Positions 40,039-49,433 of a stretch of 64,000 nt of DNA are shown one piece after another. How positions within the stretch are numbered: position 1 is the first letter of the stretch; the number at the start of each line of letters is the position of its first letter. Both the position numbers and the translations under genes were made by a program. Under the pieces are notes generated by a model. That model had not been told where the DNA came from. It ran no database searches and was given only the letters and a program-made list of their open reading frames with translations. This DNA is from a plasmid: the sequence record NZ_CP011600.1. One strand, 5' to 3'.

Positions 40039-40655
40039 TTCAGTGCCACCTCCTCCACCTTAAGCCAGCGGTCATCGCGTGTAATGCGGACCGGTGTATG
40101 CTCAAAGCCGAATTTTGTTGTTAGCGTGCCGTACTGATCGAAGTACACCGGCTCGTCCAGCGCCAGACTGGTATCCCGGATGTTTCCGTTCACCAGAATG
40201 ACTTTGAAATTTTGCTGCCCGGACAGCTGCTGCCTGATCCACGTCATCTGCACCGGATTGTCGCCATCAATGAAATACAACGTCTCACTGAACGGCACCT
40301 TATCCAGCGGATTCACCCGGTCACCTGCCCGTGCGATGACATTGCCGCGCATATCCCGGATGGTTTCATTTACCGTGAAAGTCGGGTCATAGCGGAATGC
40401 CCTGTCCTTTGTGGCGGGAGTGAGCCCTGCCACCGGTTCAGGACGCACCGCGTGGGCTTTCACCCGCGCCTCGGCTTCCCGCTGTATCCTGTCCAGCTCG
40501 CCACTTTCCTTCATTCCTTCCAGCCGCTGGCCGATAAAAGCCAGCAAATCAGGCTCTGTGACAGGAAACAGGTGGCCGAGGGTACCGAGGTCTTTCGCAC
40601 CGGCGGGCAGTGACAGCATCGCGGCAAGCACGATGGCCACAGGGCCGGCTCTCAT
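40035..40655 (-). CDS. traW: Pilus assembly protein TraW
   Basis: Start at MRAGPVAIVLAAMLSLPAGA (signal peptide). Aligns with F TraW (DLG.WG.L.PV.EPD.L..I.QRL......GE.....; VNPL..VPF..TLYFI.GD.P.Q..W...Q). The longer ORF to 40970 is a spurious extension. Confidence 0.85.
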   Translation of the reverse strand: MRAGPVAIVLAAMLSLPAGAKDLGTLGHLFPVTEPDLLAFIGQRLEGMKESGELDRIQREAEARVKAHAVRPEPVAGLTPATKDRAFRYDPTFTVNETIRDMRGNVIARAGDRVNPLDKVPFSETLYFIDGDNPVQMTWIRQQLSGQQNFKVILVNGNIRDTSLALDEPVYFDQYGTLTTKFGFEHTPVRITRDDRWLKVEEVALK

Positions 40656-41098
40656 GGTGCCCCCTGCATCTGACGTGCGATGTCCGCCTGTATTTCCGGC
40701 GTGATGTCCACCGCGCCCGATACCACCGCACCTTTTACCAGAATGATGCCCCCGTGCGTCGCCTGCCAGCGGGTCAGACTCGCATCCAGCGACGCCCCGA
40801 AGCGTTTTGTCAGCGCCTCTAGCGCTTCTTTTGTCAGCGAAGACTGTGCCGTCTGCTGCCTGAAGGTATCGATGGTGCCCTTCATATCGAACACCACATA
40901 CGCCGGCTGCATCATCGTTGTGACAAGCACGCTGATGCAGGCACTGAGCATAAGAACCAGCACAACACACGCGGCAATGTAAACGCTGCGCCTGCGCAGT
41001 AAGGAACGTTTACGCGGGCGGTTTTCGTCCGTGAGACGCTCTACAGCATCCGGCGCACTGTGCTCCGGCACTGAAACCTGAGTATTTTCGTCCTGCAT
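40652..41098 (-). CDS. trbI: TrbI inner-membrane protein
   Basis: 148 aa, single TM (VYIAACVVLVLMLSACISVLV). Between traC and traW as in F. 4-nt overlap with traW. Confidence 0.75.
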   Translation of the reverse strand: MQDENTQVSVPEHSAPDAVERLTDENRPRKRSLLRRRSVYIAACVVLVLMLSACISVLVTTMMQPAYVVFDMKGTIDTFRQQTAQSSLTKEALEALTKRFGASLDASLTRWQATHGGIILVKGAVVSGAVDITPEIQADIARQMQGAP

Positions 41099-41112
41099 AT
41101 TGGGTACTCCTC

Positions 41113-43758
41113 TTATACGCTGGTCAGTCCGGCCCAGCGTTCCAGTTCCTGCATTTCGGTCTGATACATATGCGGCTCGCAGGCCAGCAGATAAGCCGCT
41201 TCCTCACTGGTTGCCCCCGCCGCCTGCGCATCACTCATGTACTGATAGTCTTCCCCACGGGTACTGAACATCGCGCGCGTGACCGGGTCCACAAACACCC
41301 GGTGGAACGAACTGTATTCCCCACTCGAGATCATGACTGAACTGAATCCCGTATCACGTGCTGGCTGGAAGCCACGGATAACCTGCGTTTCCATCTCGCT
41401 GAACTGGTCCGGGTTGGCGTTAAGGTAAGTTTTAAAGGCTTTGGCGTCCTGCAGGAGGGTGACTTTCGTTCCTGAGCAGTCCCACGCCGCTGCTGCTGCC
41501 GGCGGTGCGGCCTGATCTTTGGTACCGGTGAAATCCTTGATGCCCTGCGTGATAGTAATGAATGCCCCACGATGGCGGCGAACCGTCCGGTAGCCGGTTT
41601 CGATAAAGCGAGCGGCATGCGGGTTAGAACCACTGAACAGACGCCAGGCTTCGTCGATAATGGCCACTTTTTTCAGGCTGCGCGGCGAGTGGTACATCTT
41701 TTCCTGTATCGCCAGAATCAGCGAATAGAGGATAGCGGAGAGCAGGTGAGGCTGATTTTCCAGACTCAGCAGCTCCAGCACGGCAAAGCGGGTATCACCA
41801 TCGAGCGTCGGGCTGTCCGAATTGAAATAATCGCCATTTGCCCCCCAGGTACACCACCGGTCCAGTAGCAGCACCAGTTCGTTGATGCGGTTCATGATGG
41901 TCGGCTGGTCACCGTACTCTTCCCTGACGGCAGGAGACTTCATGTACAGCACCACGTCGTCGATACGGGCTTTGTTCTTTTTAGCCTCGAATGCCGCCAC
42001 CACGCCTTTAAGCAGGATGGTTTCACTGACTTTATCCAGCGGCTCATTAGGACTGGCCAGTACCGTCAGAAGCCCCTGAACCCCTTCTGCTGATTCTTTA
42101 ATGTCGCGTATGTTGGCAAACGGGTTAAAACGCAGCGTGGCCCCGTCCAGATAGGCACCGCCCGCCTGTTTACAGAAGTTGCGGTAACTGCCCCCCATGT
42201 CGATAACCCAGCCGAAGCCTCCGGCATTCAGTACCTGCCGCAGAATTTCCTGGATAAAGAAGCTCTTGCCCGCGCCGGTGGTCCCGGTGACCGCGATGTT
42301 AAAGTTGGTGGCACCGTTGCTTTCGCTGAACATGTCAAAGAACGCCAGCGCATTGCGATAGGTCGGTAGCGGACTGCCGGACGCCGCCATCTGCCGCTCT
42401 GCCACCACCGGCATCAGATTGACGGCATTGAAGCTTTTGCAGCGCAGCGTGGCATTCATGTGCTTCATATCGTCCCACAACCCTTCCTGCATCAGGAACG
42501 GGAACGTGGTGAGCCAGTTACGCAGTTGCTGATAGCGCGGAGCGGATATCTCCAGGTCATTTTTGCGGAACACGTTGATGGCCGAGAGTTCGCAGGCCTG
42601 TTGTTTGCTGTCATCATCCGGGCAGAACAGCGTCAGGTTCAGACCAAAACTGCACATTGCGATTTCGTTACTGGCCAGTCCCATACGCAGGTCGCGCCAC
42701 TCTTCGTAAGTACGCTGCGTATTGGGAAACAGTTTGCCGTAGGAAGAGTTGGCCTTTTTGCCCATATCCTGTTCCCTGCGGAACGCCTCGTTCTGGCTGC
42801 TGACCTGATCTTCAACACAGATGGTCCAGCTCAGCAGGAACGGACAGGGGATACCGAGGTCCGGGAAGCGCATGTTCTGCAGATTGTCTGCTGCCTGCCA
42901 GAGTGCAAACTTTTTCGGCACTTTGGTCAGTTGCATATTCACCACCCGCGTACTGGCAACGGTGGTATCGCCCTCGTCCCCCATGATCCTGTCACCGGGC
43001 TGGCGTGAAGTGGTCAGGCGCAGGTAACCCGGATGCACTTCCATTTCGGTACTGTGGTCCACGCACTGGCGGTGCAGCTCCTGATCCGGGTTCCAGTTTT
43101 CATCACCGGCATTGACCTGTCCGGGACGATAATTGATCTGCTCGCGCAGAACGGTCAGGAACTCCGCCGCACCGACACGGCGGGTGTCCATGTGGGCCGC
43201 CATCATCGACACGCGCAGGGTTTCACGTATCTGCGCCACTTCATCCATCACCTTTAATCCACCCGTTCCCGGATGGGCATACACCAGAAAGACTCGGTAA
43301 CTGCGCAGATAGAGCGGATATTCCCGGTTATTAACCAGCCCTTTCAGCGCTGAACGCTCCCAGTAGGCTTTGGTAATGGCGTTAAGGCGCGGGGCCATAT
43401 CGCCTTTCCACATATCGCGGCTGAGGCCGTTTTCCAGCATGTCACCCACGCACTTACTGGCCACCATTAGCACCGTGACCGGTGTTTTACGCGGCAGTTT
43501 CTTGCGCAGCAGATCATCCAGCGCCTGCACCACCTGCTGGTTGGCCCCGGCGAGGGGGGCCACTTCCATAATGAACCCAACCGATCGGCTGTTAATAAAC
43601 AGGTCGGATTTCTCATCATATTCGCGGTAGGGCAACAGACTGGTTATAGAAGGATAACTGAAGGTTTCCTCCAGCTTCTGACGCGCCGCTTTTGCGCCAC
43701 CCTCATCGCGACTGCTGCTGAGGATACCGGTGAGGTGTTCGATAACATTACTGAGCAT
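41113..43758 (-). CDS. traC: VirB4-family ATPase TraC
   Basis: 881 aa (F TraC 875), Walker A GTTGAGKSF. Conserved TraC N-terminus. Confidence 0.9.
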   Translation of the reverse strand: MLSNVIEHLTGILSSSRDEGGAKAARQKLEETFSYPSITSLLPYREYDEKSDLFINSRSVGFIMEVAPLAGANQQVVQALDDLLRKKLPRKTPVTVLMVASKCVGDMLENGLSRDMWKGDMAPRLNAITKAYWERSALKGLVNNREYPLYLRSYRVFLVYAHPGTGGLKVMDEVAQIRETLRVSMMAAHMDTRRVGAAEFLTVLREQINYRPGQVNAGDENWNPDQELHRQCVDHSTEMEVHPGYLRLTTSRQPGDRIMGDEGDTTVASTRVVNMQLTKVPKKFALWQAADNLQNMRFPDLGIPCPFLLSWTICVEDQVSSQNEAFRREQDMGKKANSSYGKLFPNTQRTYEEWRDLRMGLASNEIAMCSFGLNLTLFCPDDDSKQQACELSAINVFRKNDLEISAPRYQQLRNWLTTFPFLMQEGLWDDMKHMNATLRCKSFNAVNLMPVVAERQMAASGSPLPTYRNALAFFDMFSESNGATNFNIAVTGTTGAGKSFFIQEILRQVLNAGGFGWVIDMGGSYRNFCKQAGGAYLDGATLRFNPFANIRDIKESAEGVQGLLTVLASPNEPLDKVSETILLKGVVAAFEAKKNKARIDDVVLYMKSPAVREEYGDQPTIMNRINELVLLLDRWCTWGANGDYFNSDSPTLDGDTRFAVLELLSLENQPHLLSAILYSLILAIQEKMYHSPRSLKKVAIIDEAWRLFSGSNPHAARFIETGYRTVRRHRGAFITITQGIKDFTGTKDQAAPPAAAAAWDCSGTKVTLLQDAKAFKTYLNANPDQFSEMETQVIRGFQPARDTGFSSVMISSGEYSSFHRVFVDPVTRAMFSTRGEDYQYMSDAQAAGATSEEAAYLLACEPHMYQTEMQELERWAGLTSV

Positions 43759-44032
43759 CCTGTCCTCCCCGGCGCTGAGAGCACGGACCAGTCAGACCGT
43801 CAGCTAACACGCGTGTTTTTCCCATGCCGCAGCGGCCACAGATAACAACGTTGCTGTCAGCAGACTCACTGGCTGTGAGGTCTGCCCGGGACCGGTGATG
43901 ATGGTACAGCGCCTGTGCTGAGGCTTCGGTGACCAGAATGTGTGAAGACAATAACGCCCTTCTGCCCGTATCGGTTCCGGTACGTGATGGAACAGATACT
44001 GTTGTTCCCATACTGAGAATGCGCTTTTTCAT
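43748..44032 (-). CDS. Small ORF in the traR position (DksA/TraR-family candidate)
   Basis: 94-aa ORF between traV and traC. Contains CGRCG...C but not a clean C4 finger. Identification by position only. Confidence 0.3.
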   Translation of the reverse strand: MKKRILSMGTTVSVPSRTGTDTGRRALLSSHILVTEASAQALYHHHRSRADLTASESADSNVVICGRCGMGKTRVLADGLTGPCSQRRGGQDAQ

Positions 44033-44586
44033 TATTCCCCCTCATGGATAACCCGGAAATCATCGTTCCAGCGTGATTTTTGTTTCACAAACTCCACAAC
44101 AGCGGGCTGATGGAAACTGTCCTGCTCATCCACCCAGGGGGCTATCCAGAGCCGTTGTGTGGTATCCGGGATACGCATGGCCTCGACCTGCCCCGGCCCG
44201 CTGTACCCGGAAGGGGTGATGCTGCCGTCGGGTATGGCTACCGGCCGTATCGGGGCGGTGGAGGTGGAGGTGTGAAGCCTGCCGGTATTCACTGCCTGTC
44301 CGGCAACGGGACGCGGCGCAAGGGTTGCCACACTGACGGGACGAGCGGGGTTAATGGCAGGCTTCACATTGCCGGGCGTCGCCAGTGCCTCAGCCGCAGG
44401 CTTTGGGTTGCTGCCCTTCGCCGTATTCAGATCGTCCAGACTCTGGTGTTTTGAGGCCAGATGGCTGGCGTCAGACATCGACAGGCACTGGTCGGTGGCG
44501 GTTTTGTTGCAGTCGAAATCAGAATTCATACCGGCGCAGCCGGTTAAAGCGCCGCACAGCAGTGCGGCACCCAGTAATTTGTACAT
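44032..44586 (-). CDS. traV: Outer-membrane lipoprotein TraV
   Basis: 184 aa. Lipobox LTGC in MYKLLGAALLCGALTGCAGMNSDFDCN. Conserved TraV Cys pattern and P-rich linker. Confidence 0.85.
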   Translation of the reverse strand: MYKLLGAALLCGALTGCAGMNSDFDCNKTATDQCLSMSDASHLASKHQSLDDLNTAKGSNPKPAAEALATPGNVKPAINPARPVSVATLAPRPVAGQAVNTGRLHTSTSTAPIRPVAIPDGSITPSGYSGPGQVEAMRIPDTTQRLWIAPWVDEQDSFHQPAVVEFVKQKSRWNDDFRVIHEGE

Positions 44587-44693
44587 GGGTGTCTCCGGGT
44601 GTTATGGGAGGAGTTAAAAAAGAAGATTGTCTCGGGGGGATTAATTAATGAAAAAATTCCTGCATGTCAGTTCGTAGTGAGATAAAGCCCGCC

Positions 44694-45173
44694 TCACCGG
44701 TGGCATTGTTCACGACCCGCCTCCCCGGTGGGCTCCGGAGCGTTGTCCAGAAAGCGCAACGGTCTTTTATCTGACGGAGACACGGTTCCACATTCTCTTT
44801 CATACCAGCATTCAAGATCCTGCAGTTCAAGGTGTCCCTTTTGTCGTGCGGTCTCCTGCAAATCATGCCAGGCCATCATGTTACGGGGCTGATACGCAGA
44901 CAGTCTGAAATCCAGCGTGTGACTCCATGTTTTCAAGGCAGTGGCTGGCAAATTCCAGGCGATAAGCCCTGACCCGAAAACGAAAAGCGACAAAAACAGA
45001 GCCGCGTTAACCGGGTGCACAGGTAACTTCATGGCAGTCCAGAAACCCATTGCAGCGAGCGTAATCAGGATAATCCAGAACCGCCTGATGCCGGGTGGGG
45101 AACCGCCTGCACGCCACTGTCTGATATCACTGCTTATCTGGCCCAGCGTTTGAGCGTTAGTCTTTTTTTTCAC
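44694..45173 (-). CDS. Membrane protein in the traP/trbD position
   Basis: 159 aa with 2-3 TM segments. Position between traB and traV. Confidence 0.35.
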   Translation of the reverse strand: MKKKTNAQTLGQISSDIRQWRAGGSPPGIRRFWIILITLAAMGFWTAMKLPVHPVNAALFLSLFVFGSGLIAWNLPATALKTWSHTLDFRLSAYQPRNMMAWHDLQETARQKGHLELQDLECWYERECGTVSPSDKRPLRFLDNAPEPTGEAGREQCHR

Positions 45174-45207
45174 GACGTTCCCCCTCCGTTAATGTCAGTC
45201 AGCCGGT

Positions 45208-45723
45208 TCATGCTGCAGCCTCTCTCGCGACAATATGAAAGCGCATGCTGCTGTTTACCGGGACGCGCACCTGCTGATTCATCAGGTTCAGGAGGAGCAT
45301 GGCCCGCTTCATGCCGTCCGGTTCATACCACACGGCTTCGATACCTTCGAATGCACCATCACGGAGCATCACCCGGTCCCCGTGCTGTGGGGCGACTGTC
45401 TCCGGTGGCGCACTGCTCCAGCCCTGGCTGAGTTGTGTAATCACGCTGTCCGGTACCACGGAAGGCAGGCCACCGAAGCTGATGAGCGTCGAGATACCAC
45501 GCGTGGCTTTGATGGCCGTGGTGTGCACCACCTCCGGGTCAAAACGCACAAATATGTAGTTCGGGAACATCGGCTGCGGCGTTACCCCCCTGACCCTGCC
45601 ATTGTGCAGGCGGACCTCGGAGAGCATCGGCAGCAGGCACGTCACCCCCTGACTCTGCAGCTGTTGTTGCGCCCGCTTTTCCTGGGCGAACTTCGTCTGT
45701 GCCACATACCAGTTTTCCATCAC
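45208..45723 (-). CDS. RfaH-like NusG paralog (ActX-type plasmid transcription antiterminator)
   Basis: 171 aa. Aligns along its full length with E. coli RfaH (MENWYVAQTKF.QE.RAQQ.L..QGV.CLLPM...V......R..V..P.FPNY.FV.FDPEV.HTT.I.ATRG.S....FGG.P..VP..VI.QLS.......GD.V...GAFEG..A...EPDG..R.MLLLNL.N). Confidence 0.8.
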   Translation of the reverse strand: MMENWYVAQTKFAQEKRAQQQLQSQGVTCLLPMLSEVRLHNGRVRGVTPQPMFPNYIFVRFDPEVVHTTAIKATRGISTLISFGGLPSVVPDSVITQLSQGWSSAPPETVAPQHGDRVMLRDGAFEGIEAVWYEPDGMKRAMLLLNLMNQQVRVPVNSSMRFHIVAREAAA

Positions 45724-45731
45724 GTCCCCTG

Positions 45732-47135
45732 TCAGTTAATGGTGTCACCGAGACGAAGCTGGCTTGCCTGCCGCAACACTTCATCCGGATTCAGCACCGG
45801 TGCGTTGTTGCTGTTGCTGGCATTCGTCGCCGGGGTGGCCGCCGCGGTCTGCTGGGAGGCCGTCTGTGCACCGGTTTTCTTCTCTTTTTCTTCTTCCGCA
45901 TCCTCAATGGTTTCCAGGCGGAAGCCCTGCTGGAAGACCACCGTCACGGCATTACCAGCCCCGATATCAATCACCGGGTGATACTGCTCAGCACGTTTAA
46001 TCCAGTACTGGCTCAGTGTGTCAGCCGCCTTACTGGCCCCGCCGCCAAATCCCTGCTTGAGGATGTCGCCGGCACCGACGGAGGCAGAACCACCCAGCCC
46101 GACAGTCGGCGTGGCTGCAGACTTAATACCCTCGCCGAAGCCTGATAACAGCCCGGCCGCACCGGCGTTGGCGATGATGGCACCGTTACGCATCACCGGC
46201 TTGCCACGGATACCCTGTTTGCCCTGGAAGGAAACGTGCCCGTCAAACGCCATATCGATGTGCTTGCCATTTTTCAGGATGCAGCTGATGTTTTTTGTGC
46301 GGACTTCGCCGCGTTCGCTCGAGATATCGCCGTACATTTCCCCGGTCACGCGGCACTGGTCCATGTTGTACGTTTTGCCGTTGGGCATCGAGACATCACC
46401 GAGCAGGGTGATAACCACGGGTGAGGTATTTTGCTGACCGGTCACACTGGCATTGGCGTCTGCCCCTTCAATCAGCACTGCCTCAGAGAATGACCCTGAC
46501 GGTATCCAGGGGAGTTTTGTCTTTTTCGCGGAGAGTGAGGCGTAGGTGAATGTGTCCCGTTTCAGTCCTCCGGTACGCATCGTACCGGTGCCGGGATAAA
46601 AGCCCTGCCCCTGCCCCTGACCCTGCGGATAAAAATGACTGCCCTGCCCCGCAGCGGGTGCGCCGGACTGAGGCGTGACACTCCACTGTGCCGGACCGGA
46701 GGGGCCACCAGGAACCGGTCCGTTAGCGGGAGCACCGGGCGGAACAGCCGTACCCTGCCCCGGCCCGGTGGGGGTTTTACCGCCCTCTGTCTGCTGCTTC
46801 TGCAACTGACTCAACACTTCTCCCATTTTAGCCAGCTGGTTTCTCAGGTCATCGTTCTGGGTTTTCAGGGTGGCGGCCAGCGTGTTCATGTCTTTCTCCA
46901 GCCCGGCCGTCTTGTTCTGCTGTTGCTGCAGCGCCGATGTGGCCACTCCTTCGGTAAAGGAGGTATTCACCAGGCTCCCTGTCAGGTTCGGGGCCGCTTT
47001 GGGTGCAGGACGGTTAAGTTCTGCCTGATGATGTGACCAGGCCCAGATACCGCCGCCCGTCGCGAGCATGACCGCTGCGGAGATACCGGCAATCATCCAC
47101 TGACGGCGGCGCGTGGCGGTATTGATGTTACTCAT
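45732..47135 (-). CDS. traB: VirB10-like TraB
   Basis: 467 aa. N-terminal TM, coiled-coil, Pro/Gly-rich linker and conserved C-terminal domain like F TraB (475 aa). Confidence 0.9.
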   Translation of the reverse strand: MSNINTATRRRQWMIAGISAAVMLATGGGIWAWSHHQAELNRPAPKAAPNLTGSLVNTSFTEGVATSALQQQQNKTAGLEKDMNTLAATLKTQNDDLRNQLAKMGEVLSQLQKQQTEGGKTPTGPGQGTAVPPGAPANGPVPGGPSGPAQWSVTPQSGAPAAGQGSHFYPQGQGQGQGFYPGTGTMRTGGLKRDTFTYASLSAKKTKLPWIPSGSFSEAVLIEGADANASVTGQQNTSPVVITLLGDVSMPNGKTYNMDQCRVTGEMYGDISSERGEVRTKNISCILKNGKHIDMAFDGHVSFQGKQGIRGKPVMRNGAIIANAGAAGLLSGFGEGIKSAATPTVGLGGSASVGAGDILKQGFGGGASKAADTLSQYWIKRAEQYHPVIDIGAGNAVTVVFQQGFRLETIEDAEEEKEKKTGAQTASQQTAAATPATNASNSNNAPVLNPDEVLRQASQLRLGDTIN

Positions 47136-47866
47136 GCCCCCTCCTCAGCCGTGGAAAAAATTACCCAGACAAAACCCTCACCGCCGGCGTACAGGGTCCG
47201 GGTGGAGAGCATCACCGCCCGCACCCCTTTCTGCCAGAACTGCTTTTCACTGAGCGGGCGGCTGATGTAGCCGGTGTTTTTCATGCGATACCGCACCACC
47301 TGCAGGTGCGAACCGACGAGCTGGCGCTCAGGCGTCAGCTGGACGCCGGCGGGCGGGTTATACGCCGGACCCCGTGCGACTTTCATGTCGGTGTACCCTT
47401 CCGGTACCTCGCCGTTGACGACGTGGCGGGCCACGCTGACCAGTGTTTTCTGAAACGGCTGGCTTTCTTCCCAGGCTTTTGCATCCGGATTGGGTTTGAG
47501 GGGGACGCTTGCGGGGATAAGGTGCAGGGTGCGCCCGTTCCCCGGTTTTGGCGACACATCAATTGAGACGCTGACGCCACCGGCGGTCTCCAGAAACAGC
47601 GTAAAGTCCTGACCGGTCAGCGGAGTAATCATCAGTGCGCCGTCGGCGGTATTGTCTTTCGTGTACGCGTTTTCCGGCCCCGTCACGCCGGTAATCAGTT
47701 CGCCGTCGATGATGATTTTATTGGGGCTGGTATTACTCATCTGCGCTTTGAGATGCGCATTATTTTCAAACGGAGTTCCGGCCGGGCCGGGTACCGCAGC
47801 CAGTGCAGTTGTGGACAGGCAGACCAGCGCGCCTGCCACAGCCAGTGCAGAAAGGGTTATCTTCAT
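47132..47866 (-). CDS. traK: Secretin-like/VirB9-like TraK
   Basis: 244 aa with signal peptide. Position and size of F TraK (242 aa). Confidence 0.85.
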   Translation of the reverse strand: MKITLSALAVAGALVCLSTTALAAVPGPAGTPFENNAHLKAQMSNTSPNKIIIDGELITGVTGPENAYTKDNTADGALMITPLTGQDFTLFLETAGGVSVSIDVSPKPGNGRTLHLIPASVPLKPNPDAKAWEESQPFQKTLVSVARHVVNGEVPEGYTDMKVARGPAYNPPAGVQLTPERQLVGSHLQVVRYRMKNTGYISRPLSEKQFWQKGVRAVMLSTRTLYAGGEGFVWVIFSTAEEGA

Positions 47867-47869
47867 GGT

Positions 47870-48502
47870 TCAGTCCTGTTTCGGGTGGCTGGCGGGTTGC
47901 TGCCAGGGAACCTCAGTGAACGCCGTCAGGCGGATGAGACCATCCACGTAATGCACACTGAGCCGCCAGGCTTTGTGCGCATCCGGCAGCGAGATTTTCA
48001 GGTTACCGTTGGTGGTACTGGCACTCAGCGTGCCCTGCGCGATGATGTCACCGGTGGCCGTGTCGGTGATTTCATCATCGATACGGAACACAGAGGACAC
48101 ACCGTTCTTTTTGATGTACTCCGCCTCAGCAGCCAGTTGCTTTTTTATCTCGTCACGGTATTCGGCCGGAACCTGACGCAGCAGGGCAGCATGCTGGGCG
48201 TCCACGGTTTCGGGCGTGACGGAAAGACGGAGGTTAATGAAGGAACGAACCAGCATGCCGTTCAGCGCTGCATCGCCGGAGGCGGCATCGGAGATAAACG
48301 GCCGGTCAAATATCATGGGCGTGGTGAGTGTCTTCTGCGTTTTATAGAAGTGCCACGCCATTGCACCGTTAATGCTGATACCAATGGCCAGAATAAACAC
48401 AAGCAACACCAGTGATGAGATAACCAGGATGACCACCCGGTTACGCCCTTCCCGGACCTGATACTTCATATGCATTTTCCTTCTGAGGGAAATAAGCGCC
48501 AC
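47870..48502 (-). CDS. traE: TraE (VirB8-like bitopic inner-membrane protein)
   Basis: Matches F TraE (TAV.PM.F..PF....N.AD..YL..MA.SFI.LRLNVS.ETVDA.H.ALL......). The true start is probably the internal Met near 48469. Confidence 0.85.
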   Translation of the reverse strand: MALISLRRKMHMKYQVREGRNRVVILVISSLVLLVFILAIGISINGAMAWHFYKTQKTLTTPMIFDRPFISDAASGDAALNGMLVRSFINLRLSVTPETVDAQHAALLRQVPAEYRDEIKKQLAAEAEYIKKNGVSSVFRIDDEITDTATGDIIAQGTLSASTTNGNLKISLPDAHKAWRLSVHYVDGLIRLTAFTEVPWQQPASHPKQD

Positions 48503-48520
48503 CCGGAGGCGGCGCGCGGG

Positions 48521-48823
48521 TTACTGCATCCAGTGCCGGTTGCCCGAATCGGGCACCCGCCGGAACTGCAACCGGAGCAGTGCGGTCGGCAGATACCAGT
48601 AAAGGAGGTTCAGGAGCCACCAGGTGCCCTGCCCCTTCTTCAGATGGCGGATTAACAGCCAGAGCGCGGCAGCCACAAACAGCATCACAATGAACATGTC
48701 GCAGAGCAGACCGATACCGGCGCACACAACAATGACAAAGGCCTCCTCGGGCGGGAGTCCGATAAAACGTTTCTGCTGATTGAGGGTTTCCGGGAACTGG
48801 TACTGAAGGGAGTCCCTGTCCAT
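48521..48823 (-). CDS. traL: TraL (VirB3-like)
   Basis: Start at MDRDSLQYQFPETLNQQKRFIGLP, matching F TraL (NKYRFPETLTNQSRWFGLP). Ends WYLPTALLR...VPDSGNRHW vs F WYMPTAMLRGIFHNVPDS. Confidence 0.8.
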   Translation of the reverse strand: MDRDSLQYQFPETLNQQKRFIGLPPEEAFVIVVCAGIGLLCDMFIVMLFVAAALWLLIRHLKKGQGTWWLLNLLYWYLPTALLRLQFRRVPDSGNRHWMQ

Positions 48824-48830
48824 GACAGGA

Positions 48831-49223
48831 TTAGCCAGCGAGGGCGAAGAAGCTGCGGGTGATAACAATCAGGAATGCCAGGCCACCAACAAACAGCATC
48901 GGGTTACGGGTTTTCATATATGCGGCAGCGGAAATGAGGACCTCAGCAATATACAGACCCCACTCCACCGTACTCCCGTGCCCGAAGGTATCCTTCGCAT
49001 CCTGTTTCTGACCGGAGAGCAGGTCTTCCGCGTGTCCCAGATGGGGCAGCGCGATGAAAACCACCGCCAGACACAACAGCAACAGATTAATGCGATGGCG
49101 ATAAATCAGACTGAAGGCACCACGCAGCATGCCGATAAACAACGATGACGCACCAGTCCGGACTTCCGGGCAGGCTTCCGCAGCCCCCTCCGCCAGCGCC
49201 GGTTGAGTTAAGACGACTTTCAT
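48831..49223 (-). CDS. traA: Propilin TraA
   Basis: 130 aa. Long leader peptide ending ...LPHLGHA followed by the mature pilin with a TM hairpin. First gene of the tra operon here. Confidence 0.75.
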   Translation of the reverse strand: MKVVLTQPALAEGAAEACPEVRTGASSLFIGMLRGAFSLIYRHRINLLLLCLAVVFIALPHLGHAEDLLSGQKQDAKDTFGHGSTVEWGLYIAEVLISAAAYMKTRNPMLFVGGLAFLIVITRSFFALAG

Positions 49224-49433
49224 GTCAGTTAGCCTCGATTTAAGTTAAGGAAATGTCATTGCGCGTAAACAGACGTAACGCGCGGTAAGTGTACATTTTC
49301 TCAAAAAAAAAAAATCTGTGACGCAAATCACGTTATTAGTGATTGTGATGCGATTTTTTAAGATTAATCCTGCAGCGGGGTGGAGTAGGCTTGCTGCCTG
49401 AACAGGGGATACCTCGTGAGGAGGTTTTTTTGT
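49224..49433. promoter_or_regulatory. Divergent promoter/operator region between traA and the tandem-RHH gene
   Basis: 210-bp interval containing an A12 tract and the palindromes AATCAC-n7-GTGATT and gtgac...gtcac (49333-49365). Strong SD GAGGAGG 9 nt before the plus-strand ATG. Confidence 0.5.

Noticed and set aside
40035-40970. 311-aa version of traW and 163-aa version of 38677..39168
   Set aside because: Upstream portions are Gly/Arg/His-rich and overlap the preceding genes. True starts assigned at the Met preceding the signal peptide (40655) and at 39015.
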